Below, in pieces: positions 32,301 to 39,758 of a DNA stretch of 53,059 nt. Positions within the stretch are counted from its first letter, which is position 1, and every line of letters begins with the position of its first letter. Source of the stretch: a virus (Duplodnaviria > Caudoviricetes); IMG/VR virus record IMGVR_UViG_3300042987_002152, positions 1-53,059 of that record. One strand, written 5' to 3'. The notes under the pieces were generated by a model. It was not told the origin of the DNA. It was given only the letters and a program-made list of their open reading frames with translations, and did not search any database. The translations under genes were made by a program, and so were the position numbers.

Positions 32301-35300
32301 ACGAGTGTTGATCCATTGGAAAATTGGGATTTTATAGCTGCAGGGTTGGATTTCACTCAAATTTATGGATTGGATCCAGTACAAGCATTATCTAGAACTT
32401 TGCAAGAAGCACAAAGTATCTACACAGCACAAGATCTTTTTGTGTTGCTGAATAACAGTGCAAATTATTCTACTGGCTATCAAGCAAAAGTCAGGATAGA
32501 CGAGTGGATAACCACCAACACATATGTCAAACAAAATAACACAAGTATTTTGTTGGACCAATGGTTGTTGATAAGCTATGAGGCAGATAATGGAGCTGTG
32601 GATCGAGTGATTGCCTATTACAATCCTCAGGGAACACAATTACCTACCAACAGTCCATTGTTGATAAGTGGCTGTCAAGGTCAACTGTTGGGGGTTGATG
32701 GCCAAGGTTTCAACACCCAAGATACTTGGGACAAAACTGATTGGGACAATGTGCGAGGTTGGGACTATACTGAACAAAGTTTGGATCTTGTGGATCAAAA
32801 CATATCAGACGGGCTTAGTCCCAGATATTGGATTTTTGTAGGGGATGGTACAACTACTACATTTAGTCTGCCCGTGGCACCACAAAATCCCAACCAACTA
32901 ACCGTGTGGGTGAATGGCATAATCATTGCACAGTCAGGCAATTGGCATGTGCCCAATTGGGTCAGTCAAATTTATGTGCAGAATGGTGGTATCAATTATA
33001 GTATGAGTGATATTGTAAGCATTCAGGGAGGTACCTATACTAGGCCAGCACTGTTTGAGGTAACTGGTGTCTCAGTGTTGGGCACTATCACCAATTTGCA
33101 GATTGTGGATCCTGGAGAATATACAGTTGTGCCGCAAAATGGTGCTGTTCAGGTGAACGGAGGCACAGGTGTAAATGCTGCTGTGAGTGTGTTATGGGGA
33201 GGCACCAGCCTGGTGTTTGCCAGCGCTCCCAGCATCCCCTTACGTCCACGACCCAATGTATGGGTAGTAGAAAAAGGCAGCACATTCAATCCACAAGTAG
33301 AAAGCATGTTAAATATGACTTTTGATGGTGCTGGTTTGAACAGCCCACATCTGCAACCGGGACATCCAGAAGAACTGAATAAATCCTGGAACAGAGACAG
33401 TTTGATCATGGACGTTTACAATCAAGCTCAACCTGGTTATGGTAATTTGATTACCAAAGTTTACACATCAGATGGTTTGATCGACCAATTTGACATAGGA
33501 CAACCCATTGTCAGCAACAATCAATTGTTTGTTTATGTGAATGGTCAGCCACAAATTTATGGTGTATCAAATGATTATGTGATTGCCTATGATACTATGC
33601 GAGTAGTATTTTTAGTGCCTCCTCCAGCAGGAAGATTGAGTATTGTGAGTGTGGGGTTTGGTGGTGCAAGTCAAGGATTGGGCTATTGGAGTATTACCAA
33701 TGCTGGTACCAACTACAAAATTGGTGATAAAATCCAGTTACTGGGGGGCACACCTTATGACCCTTCAGTTACAGCAACCATGATTGTTAGTGCACTTAAG
33801 GCAGTGGGCACACAAATTATACAAGGCGGTCAAGATTATCAAATTGGAGATCTGCTGGAACTCAAATATGGCACCAGTAATGGAATTATGATTGTGCAAG
33901 TGAATGCTGTCACCAATAGTTTGGCAGTCAAAGGTATCATCAGTGGTGTGACTGTGATCAATGCAGGGTTTTATTACAGCGTCCCAGCCAGCAATTTTTG
34001 GTACACATCAGGCACAGGCACTGGGGCTAATATCAATCCCCTTTGGGGAGTTGCTGACATATATGCTGATCCCACTGTGGGATTTTTGGGCATTTATCAG
34101 AGCATTCCTGCTCAAGCCACCCAAGCAAGTGTTACTCCACCAGGTGGCACAGGATTTACATTACAATGGGGGCCCAGTAACATAAGGCAGCAAATTACCA
34201 AAACCTATAATGGCAGCAATGCCAGCTTGAAATTTAATTTGCCTATTGTCAATGCACAATTCTTGTTATTGATCAATGGTGCAGCTAGTGTGGGTTATAC
34301 TTTGGATCCCACTGATCCTACAAATGTGCTTGTTAGTGTTCCATTGGTTGTGGGAGACACTCTTGCGGGTATAGTGTTCAATAGCACACTGTACAGTTTT
34401 ATCAACACACAGACTATTGTTGTACCCAATCCTGCTGTGTTGAATTATACAATTACGTTGCCGCCGTTCTTGAGCGTGATGCAAAGTCAAAACGCTCTAG
34501 TATTTATCAATGGATACAAGCTCCGGCCGCCATATTTTTGGCAAGGCACTGGTGATGGAACAACCACAATTTTTGATGTGGGAGTAGCCACAGGTGCTAG
34601 TGTTTTGAATGCATGGGTCAATATCACTAGTATTACTAGTACTGCCATCATTGCAGGACCAGGCGCAAATCAAGTCACATTTGCCTCTGCACCGCCCCCA
34701 GGCAGCAAATTATTTGTTCAAGTGCAGTTGAATAATGAGTTTGTGATTCAATCTACTAATTTGACTTTGATTAACCCTCCCTCTTCAGGTGATATTATAA
34801 CCGTTCAAACATTCAGTGAAGACAGTATCACCAGTTGGCGTAGCGACCGATTCCCAGGACATATGCCTGCTGTGTATACATTGAGCACGCTGGCCAGCAG
34901 TTATGGTAGTGTGCAAGTGTTTGTGAATGGGTTGTTGGTTGACCAAAATTGGGATTACACAGTGCTGTTTCAAAACAATCAAACCTTAATTCAGTTTGCT
35001 GACAATGTCACACACCTGCCCGCAGACACTGTGGAAATATATTATCCTACCCAGCCTCCAGCAGTGCCCAGTGTGGCATTTAGAATGTTCACAAACATTT
35101 ATTCAGATACTCAATATCTGAGGCTGAGTGACCAGCACACAACCAGATTGGCTGAGAATTTCTTTCACACCAATACCACAATGTGGGTGGAAGATGGATC
35201 AGTATTGCCGGATGCAACCAATAGTAACCCAGGTGTCATCTGGATTGGAAGTGAACGTATTTTGTATGCAAATAAAGTGGCTGATCCCAGTGTGCAATTG

Positions 35301-35813
35301 CCTCAGCGAACTAGATTGGAGCAAATCACTCGAGGATCCATAGCTACAAGTGGGGGAATTCCTACAAGATTTTTGAGTGAATTTCACAATGGTGATAATC
35401 AAAGCATATACTTTGCCACCCAACTACCGGTAGTCAATTTATTTGTGTTTGTGGATGGTATTCCACAAACTTTGAATTCCAATTACCAAATTGTACAGGA
35501 CCCTCCAGGTGTTGTGTCAGGAACATACATTAAATTTTCTAACGTCAGAAATGTGGATGGTGAAATTTTGTATGCAGAGGATGGTACAAGCATGCCACCC
35601 CCAGTGGGTAATAAAAACATTGTATTTGTAAGTAATTACAACAATTTCCTGCCTGCGAATTTGGTTTATGCCCAGGGCAGTGTTGTGAGAGATGGAAGTG
35701 CCAGGCAAAATATACCGGCAGGGTATATTTGGACTCCTGGAACCAGCCTGCAATATAGTGCAGAACCACAAACTCCTTTCTTGGTTCAACAACCTGGCAC
35801 ACGAATAGTTTAG
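23313..35813 (+). CDS. giant (4166 aa) baseplate/virion structural protein
   Basis: Uninterrupted ORF coupled to gp6; KQKGT and EVKPYHVKIR motifs of gp7-position proteins; beta-rich C-terminal repeats. Confidence 0.8.
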   Translation: MTQKPRRISEFLPEVLQTDLLQKFFAATGDQLFQPSNVEYLSAFVGEKPPYYKPTSEQYVAEINKNRRDYQLSPTAVSRDIISNEVTHTLFYDDLINKLRFQGGLVDDHNRLFENEYYSWGAPLNWDKFVNYSNYVWLPQGPTTIELLSPTNAQVDVISNISYAYVGNYSYPDPQDPELLVIKSATVNNPLVFVNGMKIKFLVDADVQSRSISWIVEGVGTSIRLVSDNILTYLAWENPVDYDTTPWDSNSLQDSPTYVVMGRGSANANPWSLQNRWFHKRVLELTQTALPDSVSSSAQRPILEFDYDLKLFNFGTRHRGFITLLDTQSQFLDQINGQWVTTIDNSNGNRTYLQIDQLTLDDDQIILFTNLRNPERNNKLYRVTNVRNSSSISGAQTKLGQVVLELLPNQIDPLGDPQPGDAVTIMQGGTWQNTCWWYNPVTRSWQQAQNRTLPTNVDPTSSAYKSALNSSPLFDLFNTRQEYLANPAVYPANNFAGCTIFEYARSSQGVIDPVLGFIPVVENAGARNFVFNNTLCSQQWIYKNNNALETVPGLKFYQHQSDHNVSYGNNWFVSSQPSRQYVVNEFVSKLDQQTFVIDQAPALQESAHDPQLLTNAVGGAMPITVSVGTKTLVLNQDYTVQGNAVFLFEPLLADQFVRIRSFAVPNNQATNGYFEIPSNLAANPNNQAILNISFGNLLPHLQTIIDNQQNLSVFADVSVTTNYDNLAQDQSLGTVIIQSRAPMLKLMGMNAIEQTTVFDTTSSVLDPITAIQWAQAEYLRFYNKFVNTLMYLYNNQGNLKDQTAGGWLDQALAIINVGKTRSSSWANSGFDIQAGSYCSQKSQTPTWIPASATRLGLTPAWEPLVFFDTSQPNMPLSMRTHNGALVVLKDYNNENLGTILNNQQQTNIPDALSNPVAQAWLLFEKLLYDNLPASYKNKERQLPVDPRTIFSGKYRQTNYSRTDQLKIQSAQWQSWLTLNQVEAFKNTTFDVTDPFTWNYSSCVDKQQQPVPGHWRGIYFWFFDTDQPHLAPWEMLGFSQQPMWWTQEYGAAPYTSGNLRMWRDLEQGIILHGPRAGVHTVWARPGLLDNIPVDTSGNLLPPFLAGVVTSLPTTVLASADWKFGDRSPLENVWLTQVTCDTLWAQWTYLAKPAQFMEYNWDGTRQEQILAQQPGSQWIYTDILDRKSSSEFLVHRENPQDVVSLPNPLDLDYYGSCGIQHWISEYLINDSKDVTVYFGNIIRGMNVNLAYRLGGFTDSQSTRIFVESFGINNNNSLLIPQEDVSTELLRSASTGEYVYTGVIVEFQGIGVGWRVIGYDQLNPFFKIVASDTKGPKNTVVIDNQRVFEYSRGLAHTQLVRYGTVFATRQEVYDFLISLGRAQQMDGWLFDQYDDVAGRPRNWSLSAREFLFWSQGPWASGTYIALSPLATLAKFEKDYGVIQNVGGLVNGAYSIQDRSGVAIQLQDVDFLRIDNKISVRPLNSQGIFGLRLYTTTLEHALIVANRTIFNDLMYDPVLNQRQYRVKFYGYRTLDWNGRMNAPGYLVTQSLQQINNTVNVINRIIPNFEKSVEDLRKLFEIDLATPYQLADNNQTLTSTITQSLPINLSVMAKNVVGYTPRSYLTQLLTDQNIAFQFYQGMIKQKGTRPSIDKLLRNNQILASDQNFEYYEEWAFRSAVYGNNLDNSSISILLDNTLVNSNPQLFMISGPGTSDLPNDDVYTILTNGNNVVQKSNKLGNFKLRNYYGSNSNDLPTAGYVLLDETTYTVVSDQDLQNLYSETTSKWINNQISRNIQAGDTVWQLINSQTTWNVYKICQPTWSISATTPSDIDISITQVSTTSAHNLVSGDRVILYGVINAGTVIDNTFVVNVIDQLTFEIQLTTSNIGSGGTALVYQSIRFANTQQRDDALIAGGWQTKDLAYVDGTSLDPWKVYSYTGTNWRVLREENYKVDPEYVEASFLYDIVTGVTQTQCVLLDPVKNKLPGIFDQQIGFRTPYDPAQYTHDPSQTVGTNALDAWGNDQVGMVWWDLSKLRFVDYEIHTASYRRQNWGKVAPGTSVDIYEWTRSTVPPQDWQDLVKSGKDLSAIGTTQMPSGQAKDPQGAYVLAQQLNSLNQLQDVFYFWVKNTTTVPDVSWRTLSTSVLADIIQNPQNTGQSWWSPASADHALLGNVGNLLINNQSVWQLNWLANQQTPVVHKEYQLVRPMDALSSPTSQLWNHLRYSLVEYNQFNDSVPYLRLPLSQRYGIQNHPPQTIFANTLSARQAFVEQVNTLLANSSQPSVSDPSRVGWQPFFDLQEPIPPQKIVLASCVRGTTENLDAWYTNSNEGIGAQLIGKNTQLLIVDQLYVQVGDRLLIKNQKEPQQNGIYTVIHPGTLVYDGVWPTGNGRVSFTVGSTTYLPSQGQYILKQNTLYVITDIGSATTEWQRQEIAGNVLNDPKLTNWVLERASDFDHSSKQIINTEVSVLSGSQTHIYSCQPSGVYAQDIQLIDGGQGYNVNDLITITQVTSYTPVKILVTSVSSTAITGFEILDRGNIRTVSAGRICNTTWYPDAYNSGINARFSVLWSGNKGFAVGTSVISFLPKPALTTWDQQVENLAQLLELRNKVVPGTRVLVAYTNLEGVISAGNDTQNRWTIWLWPNVSAQDFVLIRVESYVGSLVWGLQDWYAAGYSSQTIPDLVFETLQDRDQYKNFSKLDIVRVNNTGSGLWSLYLYVAVDFTPWLLVGQQDGTVVLEDTLYDYSKYGMGFDGSGFNQDYQGWEYDSRQELDHIIQGLWPTAEGTQGLLLIDNQTNEANTLWFTMLNRVFNEQTFVDWAFKTSHINLQGFSTQLTASPFFQPSTLDNILQYVNEVKPYHVKIRQLVEWKKAQDNYDSSSTDFDKPPYVDPVQGTRILNVQSAIDQVILQNNAAYKNWYSNYVTNPQVVRTIKTRLVFDRVSCQAAEWYNQEIDPVELYAFLNQPTDQFITSLREWLAVLYDTQIIVGYKVQVKIFSEIIIRRNNQTSVDPLENWDFIAAGLDFTQIYGLDPVQALSRTLQEAQSIYTAQDLFVLLNNSANYSTGYQAKVRIDEWITTNTYVKQNNTSILLDQWLLISYEADNGAVDRVIAYYNPQGTQLPTNSPLLISGCQGQLLGVDGQGFNTQDTWDKTDWDNVRGWDYTEQSLDLVDQNISDGLSPRYWIFVGDGTTTTFSLPVAPQNPNQLTVWVNGIIIAQSGNWHVPNWVSQIYVQNGGINYSMSDIVSIQGGTYTRPALFEVTGVSVLGTITNLQIVDPGEYTVVPQNGAVQVNGGTGVNAAVSVLWGGTSLVFASAPSIPLRPRPNVWVVEKGSTFNPQVESMLNMTFDGAGLNSPHLQPGHPEELNKSWNRDSLIMDVYNQAQPGYGNLITKVYTSDGLIDQFDIGQPIVSNNQLFVYVNGQPQIYGVSNDYVIAYDTMRVVFLVPPPAGRLSIVSVGFGGASQGLGYWSITNAGTNYKIGDKIQLLGGTPYDPSVTATMIVSALKAVGTQIIQGGQDYQIGDLLELKYGTSNGIMIVQVNAVTNSLAVKGIISGVTVINAGFYYSVPASNFWYTSGTGTGANINPLWGVADIYADPTVGFLGIYQSIPAQATQASVTPPGGTGFTLQWGPSNIRQQITKTYNGSNASLKFNLPIVNAQFLLLINGAASVGYTLDPTDPTNVLVSVPLVVGDTLAGIVFNSTLYSFINTQTIVVPNPAVLNYTITLPPFLSVMQSQNALVFINGYKLRPPYFWQGTGDGTTTIFDVGVATGASVLNAWVNITSITSTAIIAGPGANQVTFASAPPPGSKLFVQVQLNNEFVIQSTNLTLINPPSSGDIITVQTFSEDSITSWRSDRFPGHMPAVYTLSTLASSYGSVQVFVNGLLVDQNWDYTVLFQNNQTLIQFADNVTHLPADTVEIYYPTQPPAVPSVAFRMFTNIYSDTQYLRLSDQHTTRLAENFFHTNTTMWVEDGSVLPDATNSNPGVIWIGSERILYANKVADPSVQLPQRTRLEQITRGSIATSGGIPTRFLSEFHNGDNQSIYFATQLPVVNLFVFVDGIPQTLNSNYQIVQDPPGVVSGTYIKFSNVRNVDGEILYAEDGTSMPPPVGNKNIVFVSNYNNFLPANLVYAQGSVVRDGSARQNIPAGYIWTPGTSLQYSAEPQTPFLVQQPGTRIV

Positions 35814-35828
35814 GAGATTGATTAAATC

Positions 35829-35987
35829 ATGAGCAACGATAACACCATAAATACAAACATGCAAAAAACAAACTCAACTTCCAACAACACTGTTGTAGAT
35901 GATACACAAACTGTGATTGCCAGCAGTCATCTGCTGGTGCGTGAAAAAAACAGTCAACTAGTGTTGGTAAATCAACGTGGTAGCTAA
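35829..35987 (+). CDS. small structural-module protein (52 aa, or 42 aa from ATG 35859)
   Basis: Not in ORF track; HLLVREKNSQLVLVNQR resembles HVLIRDIQSQEILVNKY in the next ORF; TAAATA at 35848-35853. Confidence 0.65.
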   Translation: MSNDNTINTNMQKTNSTSNNTVVDDTQTVIASSHLLVREKNSQLVLVNQRGS

Positions 35988-35988
35988 T

Positions 35989-36576
35989 ATGCAAGATAAC
36001 TTATACAACAAAATAACTGGTCATGTGTTGATACGGGATATACAAAGCCAAGAGATTTTGGTCAACAAATACAATGCAATAAATTTTGAAAATTTTAGCG
36101 TGTGTTTGGCTGCTGGTGCTGCCTATCAACCTGAAGGTTACATTTATGAAATGGTTTTTGGTAATGGCGCTGCAATTATTACTGGCACTGGCAGTATTAG
36201 TTACCTGCCGCCCAATGTGGTGGGTATGAATGCACAGTTGTATAATCAAACATACAGTCAAGTAATCAACAACATCTCCGCTGCTAATCCTGACCCCAAC
36301 AACAATTTCATTCGAATCAATCACAGGCCAGGAAATTTTTATACAGATGTTATAGTCACTTGCTTGTTGGCCAACAATGTTCCAGTAAATCAGGATGCTT
36401 TTGATACAGCAACGGATATGACCAATGCTTATATGTTCAATGAACTGGGACTCAAGACCAAAAGCTCTAGTATTACTGGAGGATTGTTAATTTGTCATTT
36501 AGTTCACAATCCTGTACAAAAAAGCCTCAATCGAGAAATCGAAGTGATTTATACTATCAGAATACAAAGTGTGTGA
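35989..36576 (+). CDS. virion structural protein
   Basis: MVFGNG, FNELGL and PVQKSLNREIEVIYTIRI; ATG 1 nt after the previous stop. Confidence 0.75.
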   Translation: MQDNLYNKITGHVLIRDIQSQEILVNKYNAINFENFSVCLAAGAAYQPEGYIYEMVFGNGAAIITGTGSISYLPPNVVGMNAQLYNQTYSQVINNISAANPDPNNNFIRINHRPGNFYTDVIVTCLLANNVPVNQDAFDTATDMTNAYMFNELGLKTKSSSITGGLLICHLVHNPVQKSLNREIEVIYTIRIQSV

Positions 36577-36585
36577 GAATAAATT

Positions 36586-37791
36586 ATGACATATGTGATC
36601 AACAATTACAATGGCACACCATTGGTGAGCATTGCCGATCGTACAGTAAATACAGATGCTACCAGTCTCAAACTACCTGGTAGAGATTATCCCAGGTATG
36701 GTGAACCTATTGTGGAAGACCTGGTGTGGATGCTGCAAAATTTTGCAGGCACCACTGCGCCCTTGCATCCTATCAATGGGCAAATTTGGTATGACAGTAC
36801 CAACAAAAAAATCAAAATTTATGATGCTACTACTCTTGTATGGCTGGATACAGGTTTGCCCAGCTTTGGTACTTCGCCCCCCAGTATTCCTGTAAATGGG
36901 CAATTATGGTTTGACAGTGCTACCAAACAACTCAAAGTTTGGGACAGCACTCTTTGGAGAGTCATAGGCCCATTGGGTTCGGCCAACAGTACCGATCCAA
37001 CAACATTGGGTGCAGTAACTTACACAGCATTGGATGCTATGAAAGCCGTGGATAATACAAGCACCAGTCATGATGTTTTGCGTATAACTGTGGGGGGCAC
37101 AGTTTTGGGTGTGTGGAGTGAAGACTCTTTTGTGTGTGGCGCCAGCGCCATCCCAGGCAGTGGCTTGACAACTGTGGTCAAGGGACTTAATTTGGCCAAC
37201 AGTGCACAATTTGCTGGAACTATCTCAAATGCAACTACTGCATCAAATGCACTTGCGTTTCAAAGTCTTGGCCTAAGTAATTTTTATCTCACTAACCAAA
37301 CCAATCTACCCAGTGCAGACAACAGCTGGAACCTGGGCAGTGGCACTTTGCGTTATGCAAATGTATATGCAGTTAATTTTCAAGGCATTGCCACTAGTGC
37401 CTTATATGCAGATTTAGCAGAGAGATACCACAGCAATCAACCTCTGGATGAAGGCACAGTTGTAGAGTTGGGGGGAGAACACGAGATCACTCCCACAACT
37501 AGTATGGGCAGCACAGATGTTTTTGGAGTAATAAGCCTAAAACCTGCATTTGCCATGAACGCACAAGCTGGTGATGATGTCACATGGCCCTACGTGGCCC
37601 TTGTGGGTAGGGTGCCGGTCAAAGTTCAAGGCACTGTAAGCAAAGGCCAAAGACTGATGAGCAGTAATATTCCTGGAGTGGCACAAGCGTGGAATCCAGA
37701 ATCTGGCTTCCTGTCCATCATAGGTCGTAGTTTGGAAAACAAAACCACTCAAAATATTACATTAGTGCTGATGGTGGTTGGTACCCGATAA
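36586..37791 (+). CDS. tail fibre/baseplate protein with C-terminal chaperone-like domain
   Basis: GQIWYDS/GQLWFDS repeats; ADLAERY and VALVGRVPVKV. Confidence 0.75.
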   Translation: MTYVINNYNGTPLVSIADRTVNTDATSLKLPGRDYPRYGEPIVEDLVWMLQNFAGTTAPLHPINGQIWYDSTNKKIKIYDATTLVWLDTGLPSFGTSPPSIPVNGQLWFDSATKQLKVWDSTLWRVIGPLGSANSTDPTTLGAVTYTALDAMKAVDNTSTSHDVLRITVGGTVLGVWSEDSFVCGASAIPGSGLTTVVKGLNLANSAQFAGTISNATTASNALAFQSLGLSNFYLTNQTNLPSADNSWNLGSGTLRYANVYAVNFQGIATSALYADLAERYHSNQPLDEGTVVELGGEHEITPTTSMGSTDVFGVISLKPAFAMNAQAGDDVTWPYVALVGRVPVKVQGTVSKGQRLMSSNIPGVAQAWNPESGFLSIIGRSLENKTTQNITLVLMVVGTR

Positions 37792-39758
37792 TGGCAATTG
37801 TGGGTGGTACTAAAATTGAAGCAATTGATTTTACTAGCATTGTGGGCACAAATGCCACCAACCAAGCTTTTCCAGATGAAAATTCCTCTGTGAACAAATT
37901 GAACGCCTTGTTTGGTGTTGGTTGGGGTTCTAGAGGAATGGGGCAAGTACCATTTGTGTATACCGCTGTGGGAGATGGCACAACACAAACTTTTGATATC
38001 AACACTGTTGTGGACCAATCTCTGCTGTTGGCCACTGTCAATCTCCAGAGTGTGGTCATAGAACAAGTCGTGGGTTCCAACGTTGTTCTTGCTAGTATAC
38101 CACCCCTGGGCAGTCAAATAGCAATTTACGCACATGCGCCAGGTGCAGTTCTAAACACGCCTGTTTTGAGCAGTCATTGGCAGTTTACTCGCAATGCTGT
38201 TTACAAACTCAATCAATTTTTGGCTATAACAGACCCATCTTTGCCTAGTGCCAGCAACTATGATCAAGGCAATACAATCTCAGCTTTGAATTATAATTGG
38301 TTACAAGCAGTAATCAACATTGATCAATCTCGTGACCAAATACCATTGGCAAATTTAATAACCACTCCATTGTTTACCAACACTCGCACAAGTTCTTGGT
38401 TTGGGTTTGTACAATTGGAATTTGATGTAAATTTCTCCAGCGAAGATCACGCCAGATGGTTTTTTAATGCAGGCGGCGCCATCAACATCACACCATCCTT
38501 TGTGCCTCTGGGAAGTGATCAGCGTAGTGCTAGTTGGCGCACATTGTTGGATGGCACCAACCCCTCCAACACCAATTTTGCAGGTGGGTGCAGTATTCAA
38601 GCCAACCAAACTGTCCGCACAAATGGGCAAGGGGGCACATTCAACACCAGTGGTTGGTATCAATTGACAAGATCAATTAGTAACCTAATTCAAGATTTCA
38701 GATGTAGCCAGTTAAATCTGCCCATTTACAATGATTATAGCAACAATCAGTACACCGTTAGTGTAATTCCCAGCAATGGATCAGGTCAAAATGGAGGTAA
38801 TGGTAGAACATTAAAAATACAAATTACTTTTACTGACACTACTGGTACGCAACAACAACCAGTTCAAGGAACATTGAGTGTGGATGTGAGTCTACGTTAT
38901 TCCAATCCTGTCCTTATGATGATCAGTAATCCTACTGTTCAAATAGCTACTAATTTAAGCCAGGGGGGTGGCACTGGTCAGGGAGGAAATACCCAAACAT
39001 ATGCATTTACTGATAATATAACTTCCACCACACTCAACTACAATTTGCTTGCTCAAGCTGTTGCACGTGGATATACCGGTGCATATAGCACTTTGCCATT
39101 GCAAGCTGTGGTGAATATTGCTGAAGGAATAATTGTAGGCAGTTCCACACTGAGTGCAGCATTTACTGTGCCCAATCTTGTGTCGGGTAGCACAGTTGTC
39201 ATCAACAATCAAGGATACATTCTAGGCAAAGGTGGAGATGGAGGTGTGGGAACTAGAGATAGCGCTGCTGGGGCTGGTACTCCAGGTGGTCTAGCTTTGT
39301 TGTTACAGCACAACACTCGGATCAACAACCTTGGTATTATTGGTGGAGGCGGTGGTGGCGGAGGTGGTGGTACTGCCACCAGTGGTGGCCCTCCCTGGGA
39401 GAATTGGGGTGGAAGTGGTGGTGGTGGCGCAGGTTGGCAACCGGGGTTGGCTGGCGCACCTGCTCAAACAGCCAATGTTCCCGCAAGTGATGGTGGTTTA
39501 GAACTAGGTGGATTGGCTGGTCAACCTATTAGAGAAATAAATTTTAATGGCATAGACAGTGCAACTATCATTTGGCAAGCAGGATTGGGTGGAAACGGAG
39601 GTAATCTGGGCAGCAACGGTGTTTCAGGACAAAATGGCTGGTATGATAGCGGGGGTTATGTGGCTGGAGCAGGTGGCACTGCAGGGGCAGCAATCAATGG
39701 CCAATCTTATATACAAACAGGCAGTAATTTGGGAGATATACGAGGAGCTCAAACATGA
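37791..39758 (+). CDS. glycine-rich fibre-like virion protein
   Basis: ARWFFNAGG motif; C-terminal poly-Gly domain ending GDIRG. Confidence 0.7.
   Translation: MAIVGGTKIEAIDFTSIVGTNATNQAFPDENSSVNKLNALFGVGWGSRGMGQVPFVYTAVGDGTTQTFDINTVVDQSLLLATVNLQSVVIEQVVGSNVVLASIPPLGSQIAIYAHAPGAVLNTPVLSSHWQFTRNAVYKLNQFLAITDPSLPSASNYDQGNTISALNYNWLQAVINIDQSRDQIPLANLITTPLFTNTRTSSWFGFVQLEFDVNFSSEDHARWFFNAGGAINITPSFVPLGSDQRSASWRTLLDGTNPSNTNFAGGCSIQANQTVRTNGQGGTFNTSGWYQLTRSISNLIQDFRCSQLNLPIYNDYSNNQYTVSVIPSNGSGQNGGNGRTLKIQITFTDTTGTQQQPVQGTLSVDVSLRYSNPVLMMISNPTVQIATNLSQGGGTGQGGNTQTYAFTDNITSTTLNYNLLAQAVARGYTGAYSTLPLQAVVNIAEGIIVGSSTLSAAFTVPNLVSGSTVVINNQGYILGKGGDGGVGTRDSAAGAGTPGGLALLLQHNTRINNLGIIGGGGGGGGGGTATSGGPPWENWGGSGGGGAGWQPGLAGAPAQTANVPASDGGLELGGLAGQPIREINFNGIDSATIIWQAGLGGNGGNLGSNGVSGQNGWYDSGGYVAGAGGTAGAAINGQSYIQTGSNLGDIRGAQT

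Noticed and set aside
23313-35813. Stop-codon reassignment as in some large phages
   Set aside because: Very long ORFs are intact in the standard code, and TAA, TAG and TGA all end genes at sensible places.
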